Shown piece after piece: positions 53,201 to 64,000 of a stretch of DNA of 64,000 nt. The position numbers and the translations under genes are program-made. Source of the stretch: Ylistrum balloti (Eukaryota); the NCBI RefSeq assembly GCF_031769215.1, contig NW_026782016.1, forward strand, positions 1,364,001 to 1,428,000. Direction: 5' to 3'. Within the stretch, counting starts at the first letter, position 1, and every line of letters begins with the position of its first letter. The notes beneath the pieces are model-generated. The model had not been told where the DNA came from. It did no database searches and worked only from the letters and a program-made list of their open reading frames with translations.

Positions 53201-55553
53201 TAAAGAGATTTTATCGCAGAAATGAGTCTTCAAAACGTTTTATATCTAATGTTCTTACATATTCATACACAAAAGTCAAATGTTTATTTATCATGTTTTA
53301 CCAAATGTGTACCTTTTGAGTGTAGCCTCTCCCTTCATATTTATAGTGAATTGGATGAACATGGATATGTACATAATCTATGATGTTTTTTCTGTATTGA
53401 ATCTACTGCAAGGCAGTCTGTATCTAAATGTTTCAGCGCTGGCACAAACGTTTACCACTGAATTTAAATAATCAAAAACATGAAATTTGTGACTAAAAGT
53501 TGCTATATAATGTAAAGCAAAAGCTGCTCCGATATTTCATCAGAACACTTAAAACATGTTGATATAACGCGGTGGGGAAAAAAAAAGAGATACATGCAAC
53601 TTTTCTCAAAATATATTTGCCAGCAAATTCAATTGTTTATAGTTTTCGCACAGCATATATAATTCGCAATCAATATTTTATTCACTGAAAATTTTATGAC
53701 ATGATTTTATTTCTGTGTAAGGTAAAAGAGATTTGACAAAGAGTTGTGTAACTTTTCCCCCGATTAATAAGCTTCATTATTGTACAGTTTTAAATCAAGT
53801 GACCAATGTACAATCCATTGGTATCGATATTTCATATTAATAAGATATATTTACAAATTCTGCTGCATTTTTGTTAACAATTGTGGTCAAATTTGGGAAA
53901 TGAACATTTTCAGATGCAAAAGAGACAATTACAAAACAATTCTAGCTAAAACATTTAAAACACGAGTGATATCACGGTAATCATAGAATTGTTCAACGAC
54001 GATGCTATGCAATATTTCATACAATTTAATTGAAATATTTACTATATTTCAGGAGACATTCCAGTATGCAATATTGACCAAAGGATTAATTGTTTTGAGG
54101 CGGCTGAAGGTATGACCTTTTTACCCTTTTTATACATCATTTTAATACCAATCCAAGAAACTGCATGAAAGAAAAATTACCAAATTAATTGTTCATAATT
54201 ATCAAATCGTCGTTATCTACAATGTTTAATTTTCAACCATTCCAACCATTTCAAAATTTGAAATGTGATGTGCTTCACGCGGGTGTCTAAATTTTGTAAT
54301 AATTATCCAAAGGAAGTTTTGTTATATCGAAGGCGTGATAAATTGAAATTATAAATAGTCAATAAATAATGCATTAGAATAGAAAAACAATATCATTATT
54401 ACTAGGATTATCATTATTTGAACGATCCATCATAACTGGTAATGAGCATTCATACAAAAATCTGTTCAGTTTCCTTTATCAGCAACAGTTCGTGTGAATG
54501 CGGTAATCCCTGTGAAGAAATCTCATATTTACCGGAAGTATCCTATGGTTCATTTCCATACCCTGGGTATCTGACAACCACATTTCCGGATATCCAAGTT
54601 TCAGAGGAATACATGAAGTAAGTTTCCGTGAAAATGAAAAATAATAATAATAAAAGATCCATTTCCGTCAGTTATACTGTCAGGCCTAAATATATCATCC
54701 TTACCTGTGTGGTATCGATCAGCCAATAAAATCAATGTGAAGAGATGGATCAATATTTGGTAAAGTTTGCTTCTTTTTGAATTAGGAGCAATGGGCTGAT
54801 GTTTGAGGTCTTCATGAAAAGTGACATGTACATACAGAGGAAGCAGATATTAGAATTTACAGAAGCGGATCTCGTAGGTAAGTTTTTTTTAATGTTGGTT
54901 TTCTGTTAATAATGACCACGTGCTTATCGAAGATAAATAAGTGATAAAGAGCTGATATGTTGATAGACACACTGGAATTTGTTATTTTCAACTAATTCTA
55001 AATAATCTAGTTTTAGTACAGAACATGCTATACCTACTTGTGCCTAAGTTGCATAATTTATGGTGCATTTTATAGTTTACATCGGAGAATGGAGAATACT
55101 TAACACTATTTTCTTTCGTAACTTACTGTCTGAAGAGTATGAGGTTTTCGTTTCATAAATTCATTGACCACGTTCATCGTATAAACCCACCAGGTTTGGA
55201 AATCAAAAACACTACAGACTTTTCTACATCAGCAATTTCTAACAATGTTACTTCCATGGAAGGTTTATATATGGCGGGTGTCGTCGATGAAGTAGAAGAT
55301 GCCTACTCTTCCGGACACCTGGTCTTATTCAAATATTTTCTATCGCAGTTTGTTTCAAAGAATATAGGGACTTTGTATTTTGGAGTTTCACGTTGTGTTT
55401 GAATTTCTTTCAGCTGCCGTTGGAGGATATATGGGGTTATTTATCGGAGCGAGTATTGGGACCATCATGGAGCTACTTGAGTTTTTCTGTGATTTGATGA
55501 TGAATCTTTCTAAAAAGTTAAAGGCAAGGACTCATGACATTAAAAAAAAATAG
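50245..55553 (+). CDS. DEG/ENaC-family amiloride-sensitive channel subunit (ASIC/BASIC-like), 481 aa
   Basis: Exons 50245-50453, 51294-51825, 52364-52462, 52928-53096, 54053-54109, 54470-54617, 54786-54877 and 55414-55553 total 1446 nt. TM1 FVWYVFLAAMFGLLLWQCY, then FPSLTICDVN, GNGL, a Cys-rich thumb (CVTDC...CGC, CECGNPC) and TM2 GGYMGLFIGASIGTIMELLE with the GAS filter. Confidence 0.92.
55135..55335 (+). mobile_element. Internally deleted Penelope-like fragment in the last intron of the channel gene
   Basis: FIDHVHRINPPGLEIKNTTDFSTSA (RT remnant) joined directly to the terminal motif ggcgggtgtcgtcgatgaagtagaagatgcctactcttccggacacctgg. Confidence 0.65.
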
Positions 55554-57479
55554 GGATTTTATTTGTGAAATGGAACAGGTGACGTATAATGTTACTCAAG
55601 GAAGAGGGCTGATACATCAGCATGATAGTAATGACAACATAAATGCATGTCTGAGAGTCTAAAATTCTCATGATTATGAAATATTTAAAGAAATATTCTG
55701 CACAATTTAGGATTTCATGGGATTCCTTTGAAGGAAACTGTACAAAAAGCATCTGCTTATATTCTTATGGAAGTCGTACGCTTCAATTTATCATTTAAAC
55801 AAACCTATGGTAATTAATTTACAAAAAATTACAAACGTCCCTGTGGCGCTGGTTATATTATAACAGGTTTGTTTTGCTATAAGCCAAAAAGGATGAAATA
55901 GTTGTGTAGATTATAAAATCAACCGGACATAAAAGTAATGAAGTAATAAAATTGTAACCTCGGTAGGAATTTTAGTGAAAAGCATACGCGCTTGGGTATT
56001 AACCCCATACACTGCTTAACATCAGTGATCCAGTGACCTTTCAGTTACGGATTTCCAGATGCACTACGAATTTCGCCTTCTAAGATTGACGCTGACATTA
56101 GAGTGAATTATTAAAACGTACAAAGCAGTCAGAAATTTTGCAACTTGTGTGGAATATCTCTTTAATTGTGACTTTATATTTGAGACAATATCATACATAT
56201 CAGGATTGTATTTTTTTTTTTTAACAGTAGATGGGTGTCATTAACTTATTCTTTCAGCTGTTGTAAACATACGTGATATCTCACATGTGGTATAACAATT
56301 TGACAAATTATGATTGGCCGAACCAAAAGGACGCATATTCACTCATGGAAATTAGAACGAAAAATAAGTCATCATGATTATTTTAGCAAAAATATTTCTG
56401 TATTTCTGTTTCATACATTAATTAGCGGATTTACATTACATTACATTACGCCCTAACTGATAACGTAAACAAAACACAAAGGGGTTCAGAACAGGTAAAT
56501 TACGGGAGAGAGTTTTGTAGTGGAAGAAACAAGTCATGGTAACTCGTGGTTGTAAAATATGACATTTCTTCCGCTCTCTTTAATGATTTTCCGTCGCTTA
56601 AGTTTGTGTTTTCTTGTAACTTTTGAAAATGCAACGAATTCAAGGTTAACAGAAATACCATATACCACAGCCATGTTTTGTGTAACCTCTGTAACAATCA
56701 AGGAAAACTGTTTTTGAACGGATTTGAAAAACGCTAACCTATGCCGTAGCTAGTATGTAGTTTATGTCATGTAAATATTTCTATTGAAAGTGTGTCCATC
56801 ATAAATGTTGTCTTTACACTTATGTATTATAATAAAATGGCATTTACTCCCGCCTATCAGTTATGGCTTCAGCTTCAGTTCCATGGTCAATATACGACAG
56901 TGACAATTGTAGTCAGTTGTAATTTATTCTTTTCTGCCTCATAAATATAAGTTTCTGAGTAATTCTGAACACTTTCACATTTGACTACATGCCATGTGGT
57001 ATATAGTCATATTTTTCACAGGTTTTGTGCGTTAGTATCTTTTGAGAAAAATAAAGTTATATCAAAAGTTTTGATTGGTGACAGAGATGTATATATATAT
57101 ATATGAAACAAAAGTGACTATGTTTGTTATTTGTTGTATTGCACGTTTTATCAATGTTGTAATTGAAATAAAAATGCATGCAACGTTAACTTCCATTGAT
57201 AATTTCGTAAAGGAAATCCCGCTGGTATTACATGATGTAATTCTAAATTTGGTATCTATCACCGTTAGCACTAGACATCTTCCTCGAGGACGTATTTATG
57301 TTTACAATTATTTCCTGCTAAAATAAAAAAAAAACTCCTGTTTGAGATAAAATTTATCAACTACATGTTTGAAAATAATATCTATTATGACATATTCACA
57401 GAAAAGAATCATAATATGTCTATTCTTTTATATATAGCACATACCATCAACCATCGAACCATTCGTCACTGAACATGAA

Positions 57480-58420
57480 GTTCTCATATTTATTTTCAAG
57501 GCGCTGGTGGGTAATGGATTTGGGTGATGGGGATGGTTGATTGAGCTGGTTAATGGAGATCGTTGGGCTTGGTGAGCGAAAATGATGGTTAAATGTTGTA
57601 GGTGGTGAAGATAATTGGGAGTTGTTGGTGAAGGGTGCTAAGGATGCTGGGTGTTCCGGATTGTTGGGATGGTTGATTGTGGTAGATGATGAGGATCATC
57701 ATTGATCAATTTCCAATGTGTTGTTACCGTTGAATAACCTGTTCTAAAATGATTCGATTTCTCCGGAGTATTTTAAAAAAAGATTCATCTCTCAGTCTCA
57801 TAGCCAATCAGACGACAGGTAACCAATGCAATCCAATAACATCTGAATGTCATCAATGTAAATCAATTTCTTTGTTTTTACTTTCCTTTATGATGTCACT
57901 ATCACAGACATGGCATCGTGCAATGAAAATGCTAAATTATCCATCATTCTGCCTTGTAACAACATATTCTCGTGAAAATAATCGAAAATAGCACGTAATA
58001 ACTACCATATACATTGTATCATACCACGTGTCAACTGTGGTATCTACCGTCTTCTGTGGTCGTACTTGTTTGTAATCTGATTNNNNNNNNNNNNNNNNNN
58101 NNNNNNNNNNNNNNNNNNNNNNNNNNNNNNNNNNNNNNNNNNNNNNNNNNNNNNNNNNNNNNNNNNNNNNNNNNNNNNNNNNNNNNNNNNNNNNNNNNNN
58201 NNNNNNNNNNNNNNNTGAAAATCTAGAAAATCAGTTTGTTGATTGGTCATACAGGCCTTTAGCTGGGGCAATCTGGGAAGTGGCTAAGAAATTAATGACA
58301 TGTCCACAATAATGACGTTGTTATGACCACGCCCTACAAGCCCTATATTGCATCCTTGTTCTCATTTCTTTCTTGGCGTTGTCCCACATATGTTGATACA
58401 AAGAGTATTCTATTTGACTA
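57480..58420 (-). mobile_element. Possible highly decayed CR1/L2-type LINE fragment spanning the gap
   Basis: Broken minus frames give YRACRA (RGCRAG-like), KLIYIDDIQMLLD and NGNNTLEID, loosely resembling an APE endonuclease region. There are many stops, so support is weak. Confidence 0.25.
58083..58215. other. Assembly gap (133 N)
   Basis: Run of N. Confidence 1.
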
Positions 58421-59104
58421 ATTAATCAGGCATATTTCCGTCGATTTACTAATATCCCCATCAAAACATTTCTCATGAGGGAAAAAGGCTTTTGGCAATT
58501 AATAACTGATATTGACATTGGTAATTATTTTTATATATACTATATGCACAAATACAATGAGTTAATATAGCCACATCGCTCGTTACTTAGCACTGATGTA
58601 CACTACCAACATATTCCATATACCCTGGCTAGTTGAATTGGGTCTCGCAGGGGAATAAACATAGGATGAAATAAAGGACAACTTCGAAAACAAGCGGACC
58701 TGTTCAGTGATCAACAGATAAACAATAAATAAGTTATGTCCTGTAAATGTCAAGCTAGATTCGTTTTTATATCAATTATCGATTAGTTTTCTAAATAGAA
58801 AAACCAAATAATTAAGAACTGCCTATTAAGGCATGTGCTACAATGAAAAGTGAATATGACATTAAATATTCATCACATAAGCGAAATATTTTATGATCCT
58901 ATTAACCACCACCAATATCGAAATAGGATGTATAAACCCAAAGGGAAATAAGAGAAATACATGTATAATATCATTCTGGAAAGTCATTTAAACACTTTTT
59001 ATCTGAAGTGATACCTACAACGACAAATTATTAAGTTTGTCATCCGACTCTAGGATTGAATACGTTACCCTTAAATCGGTTGTTTCAGAAAGCATAGCAG
59101 AAAA

Positions 59105-62045
59105 ATGGATATGTTGCATATTTTAATCCACTTCACTATTCAATGGTTGCATTTTTCTTCCGTGTTTTCCGCTGAAAACTTCAGATTTGAGAGTGCATGC
59201 GGACTTTCCACGTTTGATGTTACATTGGGATACCAAGACATAGGGATTTTATTCAACAATAGCCTGTCCAAGATCCAGTGCGCCCGATATTGCGTTGAGT
59301 CGAATGAAAAAGACATTTCCAGCACATCGAAATGTGTGGGTTTGAACATATGTGATGCCAGTGCGGGATCTGTTTGTGAGCTGTTGTATCGAGAGAATGT
59401 AAATGACGTGGCAGATTGCAGGGCAATGAATTTTAATCCTGGTTGTACATTCTTTCATTTCATGACTGAAGGTATCTAAATACTAAGTATCAATATTCTA
59501 ATCATAATCATGCATCTTCAATACCCTTCATTACAGTAAATATCGGAATTTGCAAGTTTGAGTTCATGTGGAACAATAGTACTTTGATAATGCAAAAATG
59601 ATATTAATTTAATGATATGAATCAGTAGCGTAGCTAGTTGTCTGCTAAGGATTATCGTCACTACCTGGAAAACACAAAAGGGGGGAAGGAATCATGATGA
59701 ATCGGCCGATATAAAATATATATATTTTATCGATTAAGATAGTTATGTAAGTTAATTACTCAACGACATATATGGTCTTAACAAAGGTTTCATTTCATTT
59801 GACCTTCATGAAATTTTCAATGGCGAGTTTAAGTTTAAAATTAATAATTGTATTTAAAACAATTCGATATCGTTTTATCGGGTTAATCATGATTTTAACA
59901 CGATTACTATTGTAGAAAATCATCTTATCTCTATTGTGACGTAATAATATGATAAGGGACCTGTGACGCCTTGACGTTGTCATATTTTGTCATAATTACA
60001 ATGCGTCCATACTCAAAACAACATGTATTCGCCAGCTTAACCCTGCGACAACAACATAATCACCTACATTGACATAAACTCCCATACATTGATATAGAAA
60101 TAAACTGTAGCATAACTATTGTAACAATCAGCAGATTAGAATTAGGGTTTTTTCATCATTATTATATACGGCAGATATTTACATCCATTCGTTTATATAG
60201 ATGGTGTAAATCTCAAAAATGTTATTTCCAGTCGCCGAACAAAAAAAACCCATGGTACTTAAACATTTTGACGTCGGTAAATCTTTATTTCGGAAATACT
60301 AGTTATTTCCAAGATGAATGTATCAGTGCGAAATTTTTTTTAAAAAATGTAAAAAGTACTGACCGATATATTTTCATTATTACTCTTTATTTACATTAAA
60401 TAAAACAAACTATAAATATGTATTGTTAAGTGTATTCCGAATAATGTAAATGGTCAAAAACAGATCAACGCACAGATGCTGGTTGCGAATAGAGTACACA
60501 ACACATAAAACAGTAAGTTCTATTCATTTTATTTACACCCTGCTTATTTCTAATACCCGCTGTCCAGTATGGCCAAAAGGTATATTTAGCCTTTCAATGC
60601 CAACCTACGACTGTCCAGAAGACTGGCTCAGTGACTCGTCCACTCTGTACATGCAGATCGGAGGAAACACCAACTACAGTGTAGGAAATCATATACAGAG
60701 TAAGTAACGATTCATTGTCTCATTAGTTTAACAGTAAGAGGATTTATAATTAAACTAAACAAAAATCAGTATTTTGGTTATTTAACTGTTATTATTAAAC
60801 ATATGTACATAATCTGAATACTACCCACCAAATGAATAAAATAACATCACAAAATATTCCAACCTCCATTTCTCGATTGTATACAGCGATCTCCAGCGTA
60901 TTGTTATTATTGCAGATACATAATTAATACCTATTTACATGGCGGGTGTCGTCGATAAAGCAGAAAACACTAACTCTTCCGGAACACCTGGTCTTTTTCT
61001 CCTTGTACTCTTTCAGGAGTCTCCTTGTAAACCTTTCTTTGTTCATATTTTGCCCTCGTTTCATGGAATTTGAGTTTGAATTATGATTATGTTGCCATGT
61101 TGGTATTTTCTTGATTTCTTTTATAATGATATAAATCATGTCATGGAGTTATTTATATCTGGTACCATCAGGTATAATTATCATTAACATACTCTGCCTC
61201 ACTCGAATAGTTTATCGCTTCTACTAGATGGAACATATATTATGCATCTGTATTGATGGCTATTTGGTATGTCCTTTTATAAATGATTAAAGAAGTCCAC
61301 ATTTGTTTTAACACATCCACTAACACTATTAACGTCTTACCTCGTATTGACTATGATTTACATGGTGAATGTCATCGAAGAAGCAGACGACGCTTACACT
61401 TCCGGAACACCTGGTCCTATTCTCTCTTAGTCTTTCTCTCTTGTCCTTTTTCAGTAGTCTCCGTGTTAACATTTTGCACTTGTTCATTGAATTCGGGGTT
61501 GGGTAAAGATTATCTTAATATGTTGGTATTTTCTTGTTTCTTGGGGTTTTTTATTCTCTCTTATTTCAGCCATTAAACCTCGCATAAAATACCATTCGTT
61601 TGTCTAATACTGATAGAACAACAAGGAGGGAACGTATCAAACAACGTCGTAAATATACCTGGGTGCCAGAAAATTTCAGCATTTGGAACCTATGATTGGC
61701 CAGCTGGTGATTACTGTATTATAGCGGTAAAATGTCCGCCAGGTATCTATTCACAAATAATAACATATTTCAAACGTTCCTAGCAATCATGGAAATATTT
61801 CAAATGTTATTTATCTCTTATAGTTTCAAAAGCGTAACATCACTGTATCGACGTGCCTACAGCATATTTCTTAACTCAAACAATGTTATTACATTATTCT
61901 ATTGAATAATTACCTTACATTTATTGATAAGATGTATTCGTATTCCATGCATATTAATGTTATGTAAAACAAAGATCCCATCTTATTTATTTTTATTTGT
62001 TTATCTTATTGTTTTCTTAAATTTCGTGGGGCATTTATTTCCATC

Positions 62046-62107
<62 letters not shown>

Positions 62108-63038
62108 TTTATTTTCTTATTTAATAGATTTTTATCCAGGACATATCGGGCTTCATGAAGAAGGGGACTATATCTACCATTTCTACTTCTGCTGCAGGTA
62201 TTTATTTCTACGGTTGATATTTAAGGAATTTCGTGTAAACAGTTTGAGATGGAATAGTTCTCTGCGATTAATCCCATAATTTAATTCGCAATAGCTTGTC
62301 GTAGTTGCAACACCAGCCCACGAAAATACTAATTAAATTGTGGCAAGAAGTTTTTCCTATGTTTATTTGCTGATGTTAGATATTATTGAGTTCTTTTATA
62401 TTTTCGACTTTGAGTAACTGAATTCATTTAAACATACTAGACTTATCAAAATATTATGCCTTAATAAAATTGGTACGAATATCTGCATAACAATTATAAC
62501 TAGAAATAGTTATATATGATTGTTTGAATTATTTATTGATTTTTTCGTTGTATGATTCTATATATGATTAACAGCGTATCGTGCCTACGTTAGACAAACA
62601 ATTAGATGATATGCAAGGAACAACTTTACCATATTTACCATATATGGCAAAATTCTAACCATTATGTAAGAAGTTAAGAAATAATGTTCCATTTCTAATC
62701 GGCAGTTACTTTTATGCAATTTGTTCAGATGAAATCTCTGTGAAAACAAGCCATTCTCTTACAAGAAACAAATTATTAGTATGTTTTACACTACCTTCTT
62801 CTTTGTTACTAGGAACGACGGTTTGTCAAGTGCCCCAATCAAGCTGCCGACGACTATGCCTTTTTATCTGTACCGCTTTTGGGGCGAGTGCCAACAGGTC
62901 ATGGACATGACGGTCACAGAGGAGTACATTCACTTTGACACTAAAGATGATCAGAATTCAGATGAGTTTTATGGCAGCTTTGCTTTTGTCATAGTAACAA
63001 CGGATTACGTTGACTTGAGGTTTTGTTACTACGAATGA
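59105..63038 (+). CDS. Secreted apextrin-like protein: signal peptide + PAN/apple-like domain + ApeC domain, 306 aa
   Basis: Exons 59105-59471, 60568-60699, 61617-61742, 62128-62197 and 62813-63038 total 921 nt. ApeC hallmarks WPKGIFSLSMPTYDCPEDW, WPAGDYCII, FCCRNDG, LPTTMPFYLYRF, CQQV and final FCYY. The N-terminal domain has CARYC...CVGLN...CEL...C Cys spacing. Confidence 0.88.
60930..61000 (+). mobile_element. Penelope-like terminal motif copy
   Basis: catggcgggtgtcgtcgataaagcagaaaacactaactcttccggaacacctggtc, near-identical in layout to 55270-55325. Confidence 0.6.
61355..61425 (+). mobile_element. Penelope-like terminal motif copy
   Basis: catggtgaatgtcatcgaagaagcagacgacgcttacacttccggaacacctggtc. 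Confidence 0.6.
62043..62107. repeat. (TCA)n microsatellite, about 20 units, just upstream of an ApeC-gene acceptor
   Basis: Direct reading of the sequence. Confidence 0.98.
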
Positions 63039-64000
63039 TATGGTTTAAAGCAGATTTTCTCTGCTATTTCAAGGCAATAATGGATTCAGAGCAAAATTAT
63101 ATCAGAGAACGGACGACACGAAAGCATGCTGCTTTAGATTCAATTTCAGATTGAACTGAATCCACATGTTAAAAAAGAATTGTCAACTTGAAATAAAAAA
63201 TGTACACAAATTTCCAGCCTGTGTTCGTTGATACTGTTGTTCAGTTCACACTTCATGCATTGTGTGTGTTATTGTGCCTGCAGATAAAGCATCCAAAAAT
63301 TGACTGTAGACATTATCAGATTTCCTGAATACAGAAAAAACAAGGCTTGCTGCATAACGAAAGAAATTCTGCCGACACATTATCCGGTCCTTCTAAAGAA
63401 GAAATCATAGTTAATCAAGCGTCAGGTTAAGATTCACTTAGATTGCCTATTCATCCTAAACTACCCCAAAATCTATATTAATAGCATTTCATTGCTGCCT
63501 CGTCTGGTTGTTCTACAAAACGTTTTTCTCAAAACGTATTTCTAACATTCTTAATACTATCAAACCAGGGTTATGTTATTATTGTGATACCGTTTATTCA
63601 AGAAATAGAATCAACTGTATGTGGAGTTTAAAAAACTGCATAAAGCTTTTGACCAATCTTGTGTTTGTTGTGTTTGAACAGAAGAGTTGTATTATTATCC
63701 GTTTGGTAACTTAGAAACCATCAACGATACTCCAGCGGTTACGCTCACTATAGTTCTCTAGAAACTAAAATACTAGTTTGATCCATCAAACGAATCTCGA
63801 GATCGCATAATGGCTTGGTTTTGAAGTCTGATGTCGCTCCTTTGTGATCTTCAGTCTGTAAATGGTCAGTTTTCCTATTGAAACCCAGGAAATATCTCAG
63901 TGGTGCAGAGAGCGAGTATGAGGACACCTTAAAACATAATGAAAGTGAAGTGTACTAGTAACTATAGTATCTATCTGTCTAGCGTTGATAAAGGTAACCT

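Noticed and set aside
54483-54617. Acceptor at 54482 for channel exon 6
   Set aside because: It gives a frameshift and stop; the acceptor at 54469 preserves the CECGNPC frame.
57480-57720. G/T-rich stretch as a hidden mucin-like exon on the minus strand
   Set aside because: The minus-strand frames I translated contain stops and there are no convincing splice sites.
61924-62124. Poly-Ser ORF
   Set aside because: (TCA)n microsatellite inside an intron.

Overview
AT-rich eukaryotic scaffold with two short N gaps, most likely from a bivalve mollusc (inferred from the SINE, Helentron-like and Penelope-like repeat types and the gene content). Seven protein-coding genes were reconstructed by hand with GT-AG introns in consistent phase: AASDH (-, 3' end runs off the window), ANAPC10 (+), MAT2B (-), a single-coding-exon ankyrin-repeat/SOCS-box gene (+), tryptophan 2,3-dioxygenase (+, 14 coding exons), an ASIC/BASIC-like DEG/ENaC channel (+) and a secreted PAN/apple + ApeC (apextrin-like) protein (+). 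There are many minisatellites, MITEs, SINEs and decayed Penelope-like elements. The most notable unexplained structures are: (1) three related minimal type-I hammerhead ribozyme motifs with covarying stems, one with an intact core; (2) intronic minisatellites in two different genes built from the gene's own exon end plus splice donor; (3) a head-to-head double SINE inside one 13-bp target-site duplication; (4) seven perfect CRE palindromes about 1 kb upstream of TDO; (5) TDO next to a DEG/ENaC gene, which recalls vertebrate TDO2-ASIC5, with unusual substitutions in the channel's gating motifs. No CRISPR array, rRNA or true tRNA gene was found. All calls come from reading the sequence; no searches were run.
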